From the UHGV virus genome UHGV-0351052: a stretch of DNA of 64,000 nucleotides; one strand, 5' to 3'. Source of the DNA: a virus. A model generated the notes under the pieces. The model was given only the letters and a program-made list of their open reading frames with translations. It had not been told where the DNA came from and searched no databases. Shown here piece after piece: positions 10,518-20,700 of this stretch. Numbering within the stretch: the stretch's first letter is position 1; each line of letters starts with the position of its first letter. A program made the position numbers and the translations under genes.

Positions 10518-12574
10518 TACATTTTGAACTTTTTAGACATTCCATTGATGTTAACCAAAGAAGCTAAGATTTGAGAAACTTCATTTTCCTCTTCTTTTGA
10601 TTCTTCTACAAGGAATTGATTAAATCCAGCCATTGGACGAACTTCACCAGTTTCCATTAGATGGTCGCCATCATATACTGATTCTTCTAATTGTTCAGAA
10701 GGAGGAACGATTGTACCTTCGATTAGATACTTGTTATAAGCAGTTTCTTTCATAAAGTACGTACTTACTTTATTAATCTTCAGTAAAATTCCACGCGGTA
10801 GAATAACTTCAGCTTCTGATGGAAATCCTGATAAATGACCTGGAACGATAACTTTGATTCGCTCAGCTCCTTTAATTACCATACCCACGCTAGTTTCAGC
10901 ATCTTCATTAGCATATGTAGAATGACTACCCATATGCATCAAATCTTCTGCATCAACAGAACCTTCTCCTTCGCCAGAAAATACTGCACCGGAATCATCT
11001 AGAGCCATATAGTTTTTACCATGCTCACCGAAGATATTTGGTTTAAGCGATGTGGATACGAAGTTCTTGAAATAGAACATTTTGTTTTCAATGTTATGAC
11101 GCAAAGTTTTAAAGGTAACTTCTTGTCCACGATAAAGCGTAGTTCCTGGAGGAAGAACTGAACCTTTAGCGAATGCAGAATCCAACGTCTCGATGTGCTT
11201 AATGGCACGTTCCATATATTCTTCACGGGTAGAATCTGGTTTACCCAAGAGGAACGAGTTCATTTCAACATATGAATCTGCACAATAATCTTCAATTACA
11301 TCAGACTCAGCCTGAGTCAGTCCTTTTGGAGTTACTTCGGTGCTTGCGTATTCATATGCCTGAGCAGCAGATTCATTAATCAATTTATAAATGCCATTCA
11401 TGACAAATTGAATAATAGCTACCTTTTCGTCTGGTGTGGCTTTAGAACCTTTAACTAAATCATTGATAATTTTCTTAATAACATCAAAGCTATTAGAAAT
11501 ATTAATGTCAGCGAGATCGCTTAAAATTTTATCGGTTTTATAATCAAAGAATTCTTTATTCTTTAAATATTCTTGAGAACCTTGATGTGTTATATCGCTC
11601 TGCAGCCTGATAGACGGATCACGTAAACGCGCATGGGCCAATGCAATATGATTTCGGAAGCTTTCTAGTTCATAATCGTTAGATTTAAAACGAGAGGCAC
11701 TTCTCATACCACCGATAGCTCCTTTGCCGAAGTTTGAACCAATCTGGATAACGCCAGAATTCATTGGTCCTTCTGCTTTATATACCGGAACTTTAGATTC
11801 AAACTCTTGATATTTCTTGGCAGCGAAGCTATCACCCTGAAGTGAAGCATCGACAGTAGAATATTGAGCTTGTGCTGCTAATCGACGACTAATTTTAGTT
11901 TTCTGAATAACCGCTTGGTCAGTACGTTTATCATTTTCTAAAGCAATAGAAGCAGCAACAGCGACAGCTTTAGGAACAGCATTACCTGTTTTAACGTCTA
12001 CATAAACATCACCGACCTTCGATTCAACTTTTGTGAATAACTCAGTTGAAATAGGAGGTACACCTGGAATGTCTTCTAAATTGGCATTTTTACGGTAAAC
12101 CATAATATATGCATACTTTTTATCATAGTCCCAGATTTCCTTTAAAAGAACATAACGACCTGCTCCTTTAGTACGTACTAAACGGTCAGCAATAACTTGC
12201 ATTTGACGAGCAGCTCCATTTGTTTTACTTTTTAGTACGCGGAATAAGCATGCGTCAATTTTATACTGTTTCATTGTTTGAAGAGCAGTATCAAAAACCG
12301 CATTAATGACACCAATTGGATTTCCACCCAAGTTTTTAAGTTTAACTAATGATAGTTTCTCATTAACACCTATCATTACGATATGCATCATTTTATCGCC
12401 TGGCTTAACGTTTTTATTTGTATCACCGCCAGAGGTGTATGTACAAAATCTAAATCCAGGAAGCACGCTTTCTTCACCGGCTTGAATAGCAAAAATTTGA
12501 GGTATTTTATGCTTAGGATTTAAGTTAACAACCGGCGCCGAAGCGCCGTCAAATAATTCTGTAATAAGTTCCAT
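10517..12574 (-). CDS. Alt-like ADP-ribosyltransferase paralog (685 aa)
   Basis: N-terminus MELITELFD and first ~230 aa similar to adjacent Alt; ART motifs R (TTLYRGQ), STS (FVSTSL), ExE (EAEVILPRG); divergent central region. Confidence 0.85.
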   Translation of the reverse strand: MELITELFDGASAPVVNLNPKHKIPQIFAIQAGEESVLPGFRFCTYTSGGDTNKNVKPGDKMMHIVMIGVNEKLSLVKLKNLGGNPIGVINAVFDTALQTMKQYKIDACLFRVLKSKTNGAARQMQVIADRLVRTKGAGRYVLLKEIWDYDKKYAYIMVYRKNANLEDIPGVPPISTELFTKVESKVGDVYVDVKTGNAVPKAVAVAASIALENDKRTDQAVIQKTKISRRLAAQAQYSTVDASLQGDSFAAKKYQEFESKVPVYKAEGPMNSGVIQIGSNFGKGAIGGMRSASRFKSNDYELESFRNHIALAHARLRDPSIRLQSDITHQGSQEYLKNKEFFDYKTDKILSDLADINISNSFDVIKKIINDLVKGSKATPDEKVAIIQFVMNGIYKLINESAAQAYEYASTEVTPKGLTQAESDVIEDYCADSYVEMNSFLLGKPDSTREEYMERAIKHIETLDSAFAKGSVLPPGTTLYRGQEVTFKTLRHNIENKMFYFKNFVSTSLKPNIFGEHGKNYMALDDSGAVFSGEGEGSVDAEDLMHMGSHSTYANEDAETSVGMVIKGAERIKVIVPGHLSGFPSEAEVILPRGILLKINKVSTYFMKETAYNKYLIEGTIVPPSEQLEESVYDGDHLMETGEVRPMAGFNQFLVEESKEEENEVSQILASLVNINGMSKKFKM

Positions 12575-12577
12575 GAT

Positions 12578-14635
12578 TTATCCTTGAACGAACTTGTAAG
12601 GCATGTTTGCAATATCTATGCAAGATGCAATAATTCCAAGAGATGATTCTACTTTTTGTTTAACATTTGATGAAACAAATGATGCAAAATCAACTCTGTC
12701 TTCTATTTCAATATCACCTGTCATTGCAACTACTTCACCGGTTTCCATTAGACGGTCACCGTCATAAATTACTGATTCGGTGAGTTCTTCTGTAGTCATA
12801 ACTTCAGCTTGAATAAGCTTGTTGTTAGTTTTAGCTGTTCCATCATTGTAAGATGCGTCGGTTATTTTATTGACTTTGACCATCAATCCACGCGGCAAAA
12901 TGACTTCCATTTCATTTGAAGGCGCTAAACTTCCACCTGGTAAAACAACGTTGACTTTATCAGCCCCAGTAATAACCCATCCAATTCCAACTAAATTATC
13001 GCTAGAATTAACAAGTCCTTCATCGTTTTTATCGATAGAAATGTTTAGACGCTTTTCGTCTGGTAAAACACCCACAGCTGAATCAGTCATCCAAGTACCA
13101 AAAATGTTTGGATATAATGATGTTGATACAAAATTTCTAAAATAAAAAACTCGATTTTTTACCAATGCTTCATATATTGAAGGTAACATTCGCTGTGAAC
13201 GATATAAAGTAATACCTTTTGGCAGTCGATCACCATTTTTAAAGGCTGAATCTAAATTATCGATGGCTTGTTCTATTTCTGGTGCTGTTAAAATACTTGT
13301 ACGCTCATCTGGATTATATAATCCCAAAAGAGCATTATTCATGTCTACATATCCTGAACCTACGTATTCACGAATTCCGCGTTTTTGTGCCGGTGTGTAT
13401 TTAGATGAATCTTTATTTTCGACTATAGAATGCAATGACCATCCAACGGTAAGAGCATATCCACGTAATTCTCTTCGAATAATCTTTGTTTTTATTGCGT
13501 TCCAAGAATTTTGCACTAACTCATTCGCAGCATCTTGATTTAAATGCGAATGCTTGTTAATATTTCTTTCTAACCAAGCACCTTTATATTTTTCTAAAGT
13601 ATCATCAACTATAGAAGCAATAGTTTCTAAAGTTTTTATTGAAGTAATAGATTCTTTTCGTAATCTTTCTAAAGCTTTATTTTTTATTTCTGCATTAACA
13701 TCAGATTCTTTATCTTCAGGAATTATAGAAGCTTCTCTGAATGCCATTCCAGCTGTAACACTATTAAGAGCATTCTCTAATGCAAATCCTGAAGTAGAAA
13801 TAACAGTTAATTCGTTAGCATCAGAAATTAAAGGCGCGTCAGCGGGTTTATTTAATTCTGCTGCTGAAGCCTCAAATTTTTGAAACATTGGTGTTTCAAA
13901 TCTAGAAGATTCTAACGATTGACTTTGTGCAATTGCTCTACGGGAAATTTTAACTTTAACGATTACAGCTTGGTCAGAACGTTTATCATTTTCTTGCGCA
14001 ATAGATGCTGCAATTGCCTCGTTTTTAGTTACTTGAGCTCCAGTATCTTTATTGATATAAACATCACCGACCTTCGATTCAACCTTAGTAAAGAGCTCGG
14101 TACTAATTTCCGGAACTCCTGGAATGTCTTCTAGTGATACATTTTTGCGATGTATAAGAATATATGCATACTTTTTATCATAATCCCAGAGTTCCTTAAG
14201 AAGGACGTATCTGCCACCTGAACGACTACGGATAAGTCTATCAGCAATAACTTGAATCTGTCGAGCTTGACCAGCGGTTTTAGACTTAAGAATACGGAGC
14301 ATACAGGCATCAATTTTATACTGACGCATTGTTTGCATTGCAACAGTAAAAACTGAATTGATATAATTAATTGGGCTTGGACCGAGACCTTTTAATTTAG
14401 CAATTGAACCTTTAGCAGTTAATGTAAAAGGAACAATATGCATCATTTTATCGCCCATCTTTAAATCACGATTAGTATCACCTCCAGATGTATAGGTACA
14501 TAAACGAAAGCCTGGTTGTTCAATTGCGTCATCAACATGAACTGAAAAAATTTGCGGTATTTTCTTCTTTGGATTTAAGTTTGTAATTGGAAGAGTAGTA
14601 TCTTCGTCAAATAGTTCTGTAATTAGTTCCATCAT
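12578..14635 (-). CDS. alt: Alt ADP-ribosyltransferase (685 aa)
   Basis: matches T4 Alt as recalled; ART motifs R (ITLYRSQ), STS, ExE (EMEVILPRG). Confidence 0.9.
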   Translation of the reverse strand: MMELITELFDEDTTLPITNLNPKKKIPQIFSVHVDDAIEQPGFRLCTYTSGGDTNRDLKMGDKMMHIVPFTLTAKGSIAKLKGLGPSPINYINSVFTVAMQTMRQYKIDACMLRILKSKTAGQARQIQVIADRLIRSRSGGRYVLLKELWDYDKKYAYILIHRKNVSLEDIPGVPEISTELFTKVESKVGDVYINKDTGAQVTKNEAIAASIAQENDKRSDQAVIVKVKISRRAIAQSQSLESSRFETPMFQKFEASAAELNKPADAPLISDANELTVISTSGFALENALNSVTAGMAFREASIIPEDKESDVNAEIKNKALERLRKESITSIKTLETIASIVDDTLEKYKGAWLERNINKHSHLNQDAANELVQNSWNAIKTKIIRRELRGYALTVGWSLHSIVENKDSSKYTPAQKRGIREYVGSGYVDMNNALLGLYNPDERTSILTAPEIEQAIDNLDSAFKNGDRLPKGITLYRSQRMLPSIYEALVKNRVFYFRNFVSTSLYPNIFGTWMTDSAVGVLPDEKRLNISIDKNDEGLVNSSDNLVGIGWVITGADKVNVVLPGGSLAPSNEMEVILPRGLMVKVNKITDASYNDGTAKTNNKLIQAEVMTTEELTESVIYDGDRLMETGEVVAMTGDIEIEDRVDFASFVSSNVKQKVESSLGIIASCIDIANMPYKFVQG

Positions 14636-14655
14636 ATCCTCTCTAGTGTTTATTC

Positions 14656-14663
14656 TATTTATA
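14656..14663 (-). promoter_or_regulatory. late promoter TATAAATA (minus strand) upstream of alt
   Basis: plus-strand TATTTATA 21 nt upstream of alt ATG. Confidence 0.45.
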
Positions 14664-14668
14664 AAATT

Positions 14669-14686
14669 AAAGGCCCGAAGGCCTTT
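14669..14686 (-). terminator. stem-loop AAAGGCC-CGAA-GGCCTTT, putative terminator
   Basis: perfect 7-bp GC-rich stem with GNRA-like loop between upstream small ORF and alt promoter. Confidence 0.4.
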
Positions 14687-14873
14687 AGTAATCTAGTGGT
14701 AAGAGAGTACGATATATTTCAAACTTTGGACCTTTTTCATAGGCATCAAATGTTTCTGTGAATTTATTATAAGCATATGCATCTACAAATTCGAGAATGA
14801 CTTGTGATACAGAAGTAGAAACATCTCCACCTTCTTTTTGAGCAATGACAATTGTTTCTAAGTAAGCTTTCAT
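14685..14873 (-). CDS. hypothetical protein (62 aa)
   Basis: ORF overlapping ligase stop (ATGA). Confidence 0.55.
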   Translation of the reverse strand: MKAYLETIVIAQKEGGDVSTSVSQVILEFVDAYAYNKFTETFDAYEKGPKFEIYRTLLPLDY

Positions 14874-16333
14874 AAACCAGTTACCTCATGAAAATCACCA
14901 AATACATCTTCGAACGTATTAGCTTTAGTTTTATCTTCGCGTAAACGAATCGCAATCGGAAGAAATAATTTAACGTAATCAGTGCGGCCATCAGATTTTA
15001 ACCAACCGTTGCATTCGCACTCTAGAATTTTTCCAATATAATAATTTTGGTTTTCCATAATGCGAGTACGGTCAAGTTCATGCGATTTTACACCGGCTTT
15101 ATCTTTTAAGCCTGAACCAGCATTTACTTTAATTTTTCCACATTCTGATTCAAGAATAAATCCACCCGCTTTAGTAGGGTCTTTGCGGTGAGGATAAATT
15201 CCTACAATTTTTAAATCAACATCAATTACTTCTTTAAATTTATAGAGATTTTTTGAACGAGCATTTTCCCATAATCCATCGATATTTTTGAGAATAATAC
15301 CTTCAAGACCTTGGTCAATATACTTTTTATAAATTACCTTAGCTTCATCTAGGTTATTTACTACCTGGTTTTCAATTAAAATTACTTTATCATATCCTGA
15401 TGTCATTTGTTCTAGTTTAGAAAAACGTACATCATATTTTAAACGAAACGCTGGAAGACCGTATATTTCTACCAACGGGACATAATCCCAGACCTGAAAC
15501 TTCATGCATTGAGCTTCTTTTTCAGAAATGGTTCCCTTTAAAGATTTATTGGCGATTCCATTAGAAGTAGTACGAGATTCCGCTACTTCGGCGAATTCTT
15601 TAGCTTTACTAATTTCAGGATAAGCATCAAAAAGAAAATCTAGGCCTTCTGGTTCCTTTTTAACTTGCTCATGGTATACCAATTCGCCATCAATTAACAC
15701 ACCTTCTGGATGAATCTGGCGGGCTTCAGCAGTCATTTTGATTAATTCTTCCTTAAGAAGATCTAATCCTAGATATTCATTACCAGCTCGTGATAAAAGA
15801 CGAACATCATCTAATTCATCGCCTCGGACTTCAGCAAAACACCGGGCTCCATCTGCTTTTAACTGTGCAAAGGCTGGAAATTTGATATTCTTACTAATGC
15901 CTTTTTCATCATAAGAACTTGCCAGCATTTGAGGTTGTTCAGGAATTAAACCTGGCCAAACTTTGTTTGCAATAGATACTGAAGCACCGCATTCAAGATC
16001 TCGCATCATCACTCGACGCAAAACTTCAACATCATCCTTTTTACCATCAGTGATATATCCAGTTAATTCCTCAATTGCAGCATTTCCAGTCAATTTCCGA
16101 GTAGCTAACGTGAATTCAATGAAGTCAAGCATATCGGTAATAGTCAGCATTCCAAAACTCTGGGTAGCAATACCAGGTTTAGGCCATTTCTTGATATAAT
16201 ACTGCAACCCACGAGAATAAGTTAGACGATATACTCGTTTAAGCAATTCATTATCTTTATTCTTTTCAAGAATTGCTTGCTTCTGCTTAGTTGAACCAAT
16301 AGATGCTATTTCGTTCAGAATTTTAAGAATCAT
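14870..16333 (-). CDS. 30: ATP-dependent DNA ligase
   Basis: 487 aa; adenylation motif KADGAR; matches T4 DNA ligase as recalled. Confidence 0.97.
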   Translation of the reverse strand: MILKILNEIASIGSTKQKQAILEKNKDNELLKRVYRLTYSRGLQYYIKKWPKPGIATQSFGMLTITDMLDFIEFTLATRKLTGNAAIEELTGYITDGKKDDVEVLRRVMMRDLECGASVSIANKVWPGLIPEQPQMLASSYDEKGISKNIKFPAFAQLKADGARCFAEVRGDELDDVRLLSRAGNEYLGLDLLKEELIKMTAEARQIHPEGVLIDGELVYHEQVKKEPEGLDFLFDAYPEISKAKEFAEVAESRTTSNGIANKSLKGTISEKEAQCMKFQVWDYVPLVEIYGLPAFRLKYDVRFSKLEQMTSGYDKVILIENQVVNNLDEAKVIYKKYIDQGLEGIILKNIDGLWENARSKNLYKFKEVIDVDLKIVGIYPHRKDPTKAGGFILESECGKIKVNAGSGLKDKAGVKSHELDRTRIMENQNYYIGKILECECNGWLKSDGRTDYVKLFLPIAIRLREDKTKANTFEDVFGDFHEVTGL

Positions 16334-16599
16334 TATTCATCCTTCAGAGTTTGGTTTACAGCTCTATTATAAATCAATTCATCATTAAGCTCAGTCAAAG
16401 ACTTATGATATGTGGTTCTAACTTTATTTCCTTGCATCCAGTGCTTGATATAAATGAAACCTTGCTCTACACATTTTTTAAAAATTCGTTCATCTTTTTG
16501 AGCTCGGAATTCTGGATTGCATCTAAAAAATTGATTTACGTGACCGTAATCACGTGTAGTATTACCTTCATTTTCATAAATAGTGTGAACGACAAACAT
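16333..16599 (-). CDS. hypothetical protein (88 aa)
   Basis: ORF in gene 30 downstream cluster. Confidence 0.6.
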   Translation of the reverse strand: MFVVHTIYENEGNTTRDYGHVNQFFRCNPEFRAQKDERIFKKCVEQGFIYIKHWMQGNKVRTTYHKSLTELNDELIYNRAVNQTLKDE

Positions 16600-17438
16600 T
16601 AGAATGCTCCTTGGAAAATATTATTAGCACCAGTAGGTCTATTATACAAATACTCTATGCCACCGGGTTTAATATAGTTCCATGTCTGAAACGGATGCGT
16701 CTGATATGGATGATATAGATGATTATAAGGATTAAATCCAGGAGTTCTCCAGGTAGTGTTCCAAGGAAAAGAATTGTTTTTGATCATCTTTTCAATTACA
16801 TCTTTTATAGCTTTTTCACTATCAAAACTTTCTTTATTTTCCTTCGATGGAAAAAGCTTATTCTCTACATCGTTCCATGTATAAACTCGCTGAGCAGTTT
16901 TTGGAATACTGTCACGTTCCCCTCGAGCCATCCAATAAACAGGAACACTTAATATTTCACTCGCGTGATCGCAGTGGTGAGCGAGATCGTCAATATAACA
17001 AATTACGTTATATTTCTCTTTTGCCTTTTTGAACAACTCTTCTTTTGAAGAATCATGACCACACATCATTACTTCTGAGAAGGCACCAGGAAAAAGAGCA
17101 TTCAAATTAAATTGACGATTCAACAGAGCGTCAATAGAATCACCCAATGCTGTAACAGCAACAAAATTATAATCTTCTTTTAATTTGTTAATTACACATA
17201 GAGCATCTTTATACGGAGACAAGTAACGAATAAAATCTGAACGATTGTATTTTTCAATTAACTTGACGCCAAGTTCTTCATCACAATTAAAGAGTTTACC
17301 AGGAGAAATAAATTTCTCATCTTGGATCATTTTTAAAATATGTTCTAATGGAAGATTATATTTCTGAGCAAAATAAGGAAGGCCTGATTGCCAGCTTAAA
17401 CATACTCCATCAATATCAGTTAAAATAGTAGGCTTCAT
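16599..17438 (-). CDS. hypothetical protein with HAD-phosphatase-like N-terminal motif (279 aa)
   Basis: N-terminal LTDIDGV (DxDG) motif typical of HAD / 5'-nucleotidase fold. Confidence 0.6.
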   Translation of the reverse strand: MKPTILTDIDGVCLSWQSGLPYFAQKYNLPLEHILKMIQDEKFISPGKLFNCDEELGVKLIEKYNRSDFIRYLSPYKDALCVINKLKEDYNFVAVTALGDSIDALLNRQFNLNALFPGAFSEVMMCGHDSSKEELFKKAKEKYNVICYIDDLAHHCDHASEILSVPVYWMARGERDSIPKTAQRVYTWNDVENKLFPSKENKESFDSEKAIKDVIEKMIKNNSFPWNTTWRTPGFNPYNHLYHPYQTHPFQTWNYIKPGGIEYLYNRPTGANNIFQGAF

Positions 17439-17899
17439 AGAGAGTCTCTTAATAGGTTTAACACATCAATAAATTCAGCTTCGGTTAGTATTGTATCATC
17501 TTTTGTTAGACCACTAGCCATGCTGTGCTTCAAAACTTTTCCTTTCGAGGCTTGTAATGCATCACGAAAGCCCTTGTTTTGGATCGCTGCTTCAAAATAT
17601 GCATTTGTGTATAATTCTTTCCACGCCGGGGAGTATCTTGAAAACGGAACTCCAAGCCAGAAGAGGGTCCCACGGTCCTGAGCTCTAGCATAAGACCTTC
17701 CAGCTTGTTGGGCGGCAATCCCGGATAACCCAAATATACGACGTTGTTGTTCAGCATTTTTCACCTTACATCCTTGAAGGAATCCTTCGAGACCTCCAAA
17801 TTGGATACCATCCATAACGAAAGGCCATTGGGCGAAATTGCTTAATGCACATGATGGCCATCTAAAATTGCTTCTTATTTCTAGCTCAGACATTTTCAA
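17435..17899 (-). CDS. hypothetical protein (154 aa)
   Basis: ORF, stop/start overlap with neighbours. Confidence 0.6.
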   Translation of the reverse strand: MKMSELEIRSNFRWPSCALSNFAQWPFVMDGIQFGGLEGFLQGCKVKNAEQQRRIFGLSGIAAQQAGRSYARAQDRGTLFWLGVPFSRYSPAWKELYTNAYFEAAIQNKGFRDALQASKGKVLKHSMASGLTKDDTILTEAEFIDVLNLLRDSL

Positions 17900-18092
17900 T
17901 ACTTATAATTTCAACATCAGCCCAATGACCATAGCAAGGAAGACGAAATTCAACTGGCCAGTTAGGGTCCTTTTCTAATATAATAGACTTAACTTGTGGT
18001 TCTTCATGTTCATCGGTATATGGATTTTTATCTGTTACTTTATATGTGACCTTAATGTACTGAATTCCAAAAATCTTATTAATTATATTCAT
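17886..18092 (-). CDS. hypothetical protein (68 aa)
   Basis: ORF in compact operon. Confidence 0.5.
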   Translation of the reverse strand: MNIINKIFGIQYIKVTYKVTDKNPYTDEHEEPQVKSIILEKDPNWPVEFRLPCYGHWADVEIISIENV

Positions 18093-18286
18093 ACTAATTC
18101 CTTTAATCCGTAGATAGGAGATAATTCATCACCCATACGAAGGTCTTCATTTCCATCTACCCAGGAAACAATATAAGCCTCTTTTATTTGAATACCACTC
18201 CATTTAAATGGAGGTAGAACCTTAGAAATTAATCCAGGTATACCAACTCCCTTTAATTCAACAGTTTGACCTAAAAAGAATTTCAT
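18089..18286 (-). CDS. hypothetical protein (65 aa)
   Basis: ORF in compact operon. Confidence 0.5.
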   Translation of the reverse strand: MKFFLGQTVELKGVGIPGLISKVLPPFKWSGIQIKEAYIVSWVDGNEDLRMGDELSPIYGLKELV

Positions 18287-18573
18287 TAGAACCTCATCTG
18301 AAAACCGTGCGATTTAACATTACCGCCGCCAATATCAGAAATGTTAATTTCACGCGCAATTGAAGGGTCAATGTCAATTTCGCGATTGAGTTTAGTGATA
18401 GCTAAAGTATCACGCCCATTTACAGTACGAAACTCTAAAGGACAAACCACATCAACGTAGTTTTTAATCGATTCGCTAGTAGGTTGCAAATGTGCAGGAA
18501 GGTCTTTAGGCGACTTTGAGAAAACTACTTCGCAGAAGTTTTTACGGGTATCAAAATAAGTAGTCATAAACAT
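18286..18573 (-). CDS. hypothetical protein (95 aa)
   Basis: ORF in compact operon. Confidence 0.55.
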   Translation of the reverse strand: MFMTTYFDTRKNFCEVVFSKSPKDLPAHLQPTSESIKNYVDVVCPLEFRTVNGRDTLAITKLNREIDIDPSIAREINISDIGGGNVKSHGFQMRF

Positions 18574-18614
18574 AACATTTTCCTCAGTAAGGGGCCAAAG
18601 CCCCTCATTTTATT

Positions 18615-18980
18615 TTAAATATCAAATTCATTAAGAACTACATCAAAGATTGCTTCAAGATGCTCAGGTTTGGCTTTGTTACTCAGAATATGACGAATCC
18701 AAGTTTTAACTAAGAGTTTACGATTAACACCATTCCAGCAAGGATGAGTCCCTAAATCGCGTTGACGAAAATCATCATCCAGAGCGATTTTAAAGTTGGA
18801 ACCTTCCATCGTGATTGAAACCGTGATGCCATTTTCAAATCGCATATAAACGTAATTAGGAGTCATATACTGTTCAATTTCGCATACTGATCCATTTTGA
18901 TGTTTCCAAAGGCAAATAGTATCAATAGAACCTGCAATACCATTAGAAACATATTTACGTTCAAAGTTGATGTAGTTCAT
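18615..18980 (-). CDS. hypothetical protein (121 aa)
   Basis: ORF. Confidence 0.6.
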   Translation of the reverse strand: MNYINFERKYVSNGIAGSIDTICLWKHQNGSVCEIEQYMTPNYVYMRFENGITVSITMEGSNFKIALDDDFRQRDLGTHPCWNGVNRKLLVKTWIRHILSNKAKPEHLEAIFDVVLNEFDI

Positions 18981-19048
18981 TTTTATTCTCCGGGATGTTT
19001 AATTGCGGTACAGGTATATAATATCATATTCTGTACCAAAGTAAACAA

Positions 19049-19381
19049 TTATTTTACTACTTTCCAGTGCTTCATGTCAAGTTTACCAACTTTTTTCATC
19101 TTCTCAATTAAGCGTTCGGCACGTTGGCGAGCTGTAACATAATGCCATTCACCTAATTCATTTTGTTCAATTTTTCCAACGATTACTGTATTCAATTCAT
19201 AAATCCAACCAGTAAAGAAATTATGAACTTGAATTGTAAAGGTGAAATCTGTTCCCATACCTTCTGCTGTTTCTACTTCAATAATATCACCTTCAACTGC
19301 CATTAAGAACCACATAGTTTCATCATATTTACCATTGAAGCATTTAGTTTTAACTGTAGCGTTCAGATTAATCGTTTTCAT
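19049..19381 (-). CDS. hypothetical protein (110 aa)
   Basis: ORF. Confidence 0.6.
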   Translation of the reverse strand: MKTINLNATVKTKCFNGKYDETMWFLMAVEGDIIEVETAEGMGTDFTFTIQVHNFFTGWIYELNTVIVGKIEQNELGEWHYVTARQRAERLIEKMKKVGKLDMKHWKVVK

Positions 19382-19459
19382 TTTATTCTCCTTTGTTTGT
19401 GTAAGATAATACTATCACAAAGGAACCATACTGTAAACAACTTTGTGCAATCTTTGGAA

Positions 19460-19487
19460 AATAAAAAAGGACTCCCGAAGGAGTCCT
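19460..19487 (-). terminator. rho-independent terminator (minus strand)
   Basis: AGGACTCC-CGAA-GGAGTCCT hairpin followed on minus strand by TTTTTTATTTT. Confidence 0.55.
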
Positions 19488-19491
19488 CAAC

Positions 19492-19668
19492 TTATGCTTT
19501 CTGCTTACCAAAACGAGAAGCATCATCTCGAAGAACCGCACGTGCTCGGCGCATGATCTTCTCAACAGTTTGATTGATACGAGAGTTCGACCCACGCTTG
19601 TAACCAGCGCGTTTAGAATCACCAACTTTCTTTTCAACTGCTTTCTTTGCTTTAGCTTGTTTTGCCAT
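19492..19668 (-). CDS. small highly basic protein (58 aa, MAKQAKAKK...)
   Basis: ATG at 19668 with SD; track ORF extends upstream to an alternative start. Confidence 0.5.
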   Translation of the reverse strand: MAKQAKAKKAVEKKVGDSKRAGYKRGSNSRINQTVEKIMRRARAVLRDDASRFGKQKA

Positions 19669-19912
19669 TATAAATTCTCTTTTAAATGAAAATGCAGGAC
19701 TTATTGGCATTGCCTGCGCAAGCCCTCAAGGGGAACATAGGTTTTTGGATATTTAACGACCAGGATAACCATAAACCCGTCATCATTCACATTCAAGAGG
19801 TACACCGTAAAACTGCCGGGGTCTTAAAACTATAATGATTCGCAAATCATTAATCAGACAGTTCGACGGCTCCTCGATTTAGCTCACACTAAGGCAGTGA
19901 ATCTCCAATGAA

Positions 19913-20161
19913 TTACTTCAGTGTTACCACAAAGTGACGAACTGCTTTTCGTGCAGCAGAAGCCAGAGGCTTAGCATATTTAAGTTCATCTTTTTCCTGA
20001 AGCTCAGCAGCTAATGCAGTTTGAGCAGGATTCAGATGTTTGAAATAACGCAGGATTTCAAGAGCTTCGGCTTCAACATCAATAGATGCGCCATAGTTTT
20101 CGTGACCATTATTCCATGCGTTTCGTTGCAGTTCAAGAGCGTGTTGTAATTGTTTAATCAT
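19913..20161 (-). CDS. rIII: rIII lysis inhibition accessory protein
   Basis: 82 aa; matches T4 rIII as recalled. Confidence 0.9.
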   Translation of the reverse strand: MIKQLQHALELQRNAWNNGHENYGASIDVEAEALEILRYFKHLNPAQTALAAELQEKDELKYAKPLASAARKAVRHFVVTLK

Positions 20162-20308
20162 TTAAAAATTCTCGTTAGAGATTAAAACTCGGTAGTCACG
20201 TTCTTCTGAATTTCATCTTCTTTCGACAGATCTCTCAGTTGTAGACTACCACGTAGAATTGTTCGGTTAACTTATTATTCCGACACCCAATTCATATTAT
20301 TATTTATA

Positions 20309-20644
20309 TCACTTATAAAGACACGGAATAGCTTTATAGTGACAGGTAACAAATTTTTGTTTAATTTCTTTTGGCTGCTTAAGACCCAGAGCTACAAAAG
20401 GATGCGGAACGTTTCGAATTTGACCAACTGGAAGAGAAGTCAAATCACCAACTTCGCAAAAACCTTCAGGAACATCAGGACCGACAGAGTGAACTACACA
20501 CAGTTCAGGAACTTCACCTTGAACACGTTTACCGATAATAAGTCCTGATTCTGTGACTTCTTCATCACCAGCCTGTGCAGGTTCAGAAACTAAAATAACA
20601 TATTCACCGACAGCACGAATTGGTAGCTGTTGTACTTCAGACAT
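20309..20644 (-). CDS. 31: gp31 co-chaperonin (GroES analogue)
   Basis: 111 aa; matches T4 gp31. Confidence 0.95.
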
Positions 20645-20700
20645 CGTTTTTCCTTTTTGTTAACAGATGAATTAATAATAACAAATAATTCTTAAAGCAT

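Noticed and set aside
10999-11226. Antisense ORFs inside the Alt paralogs (also 12870-14343)
   Set aside because: Embedded in long, conserved minus-strand coding frames; no promoter or RBS support.
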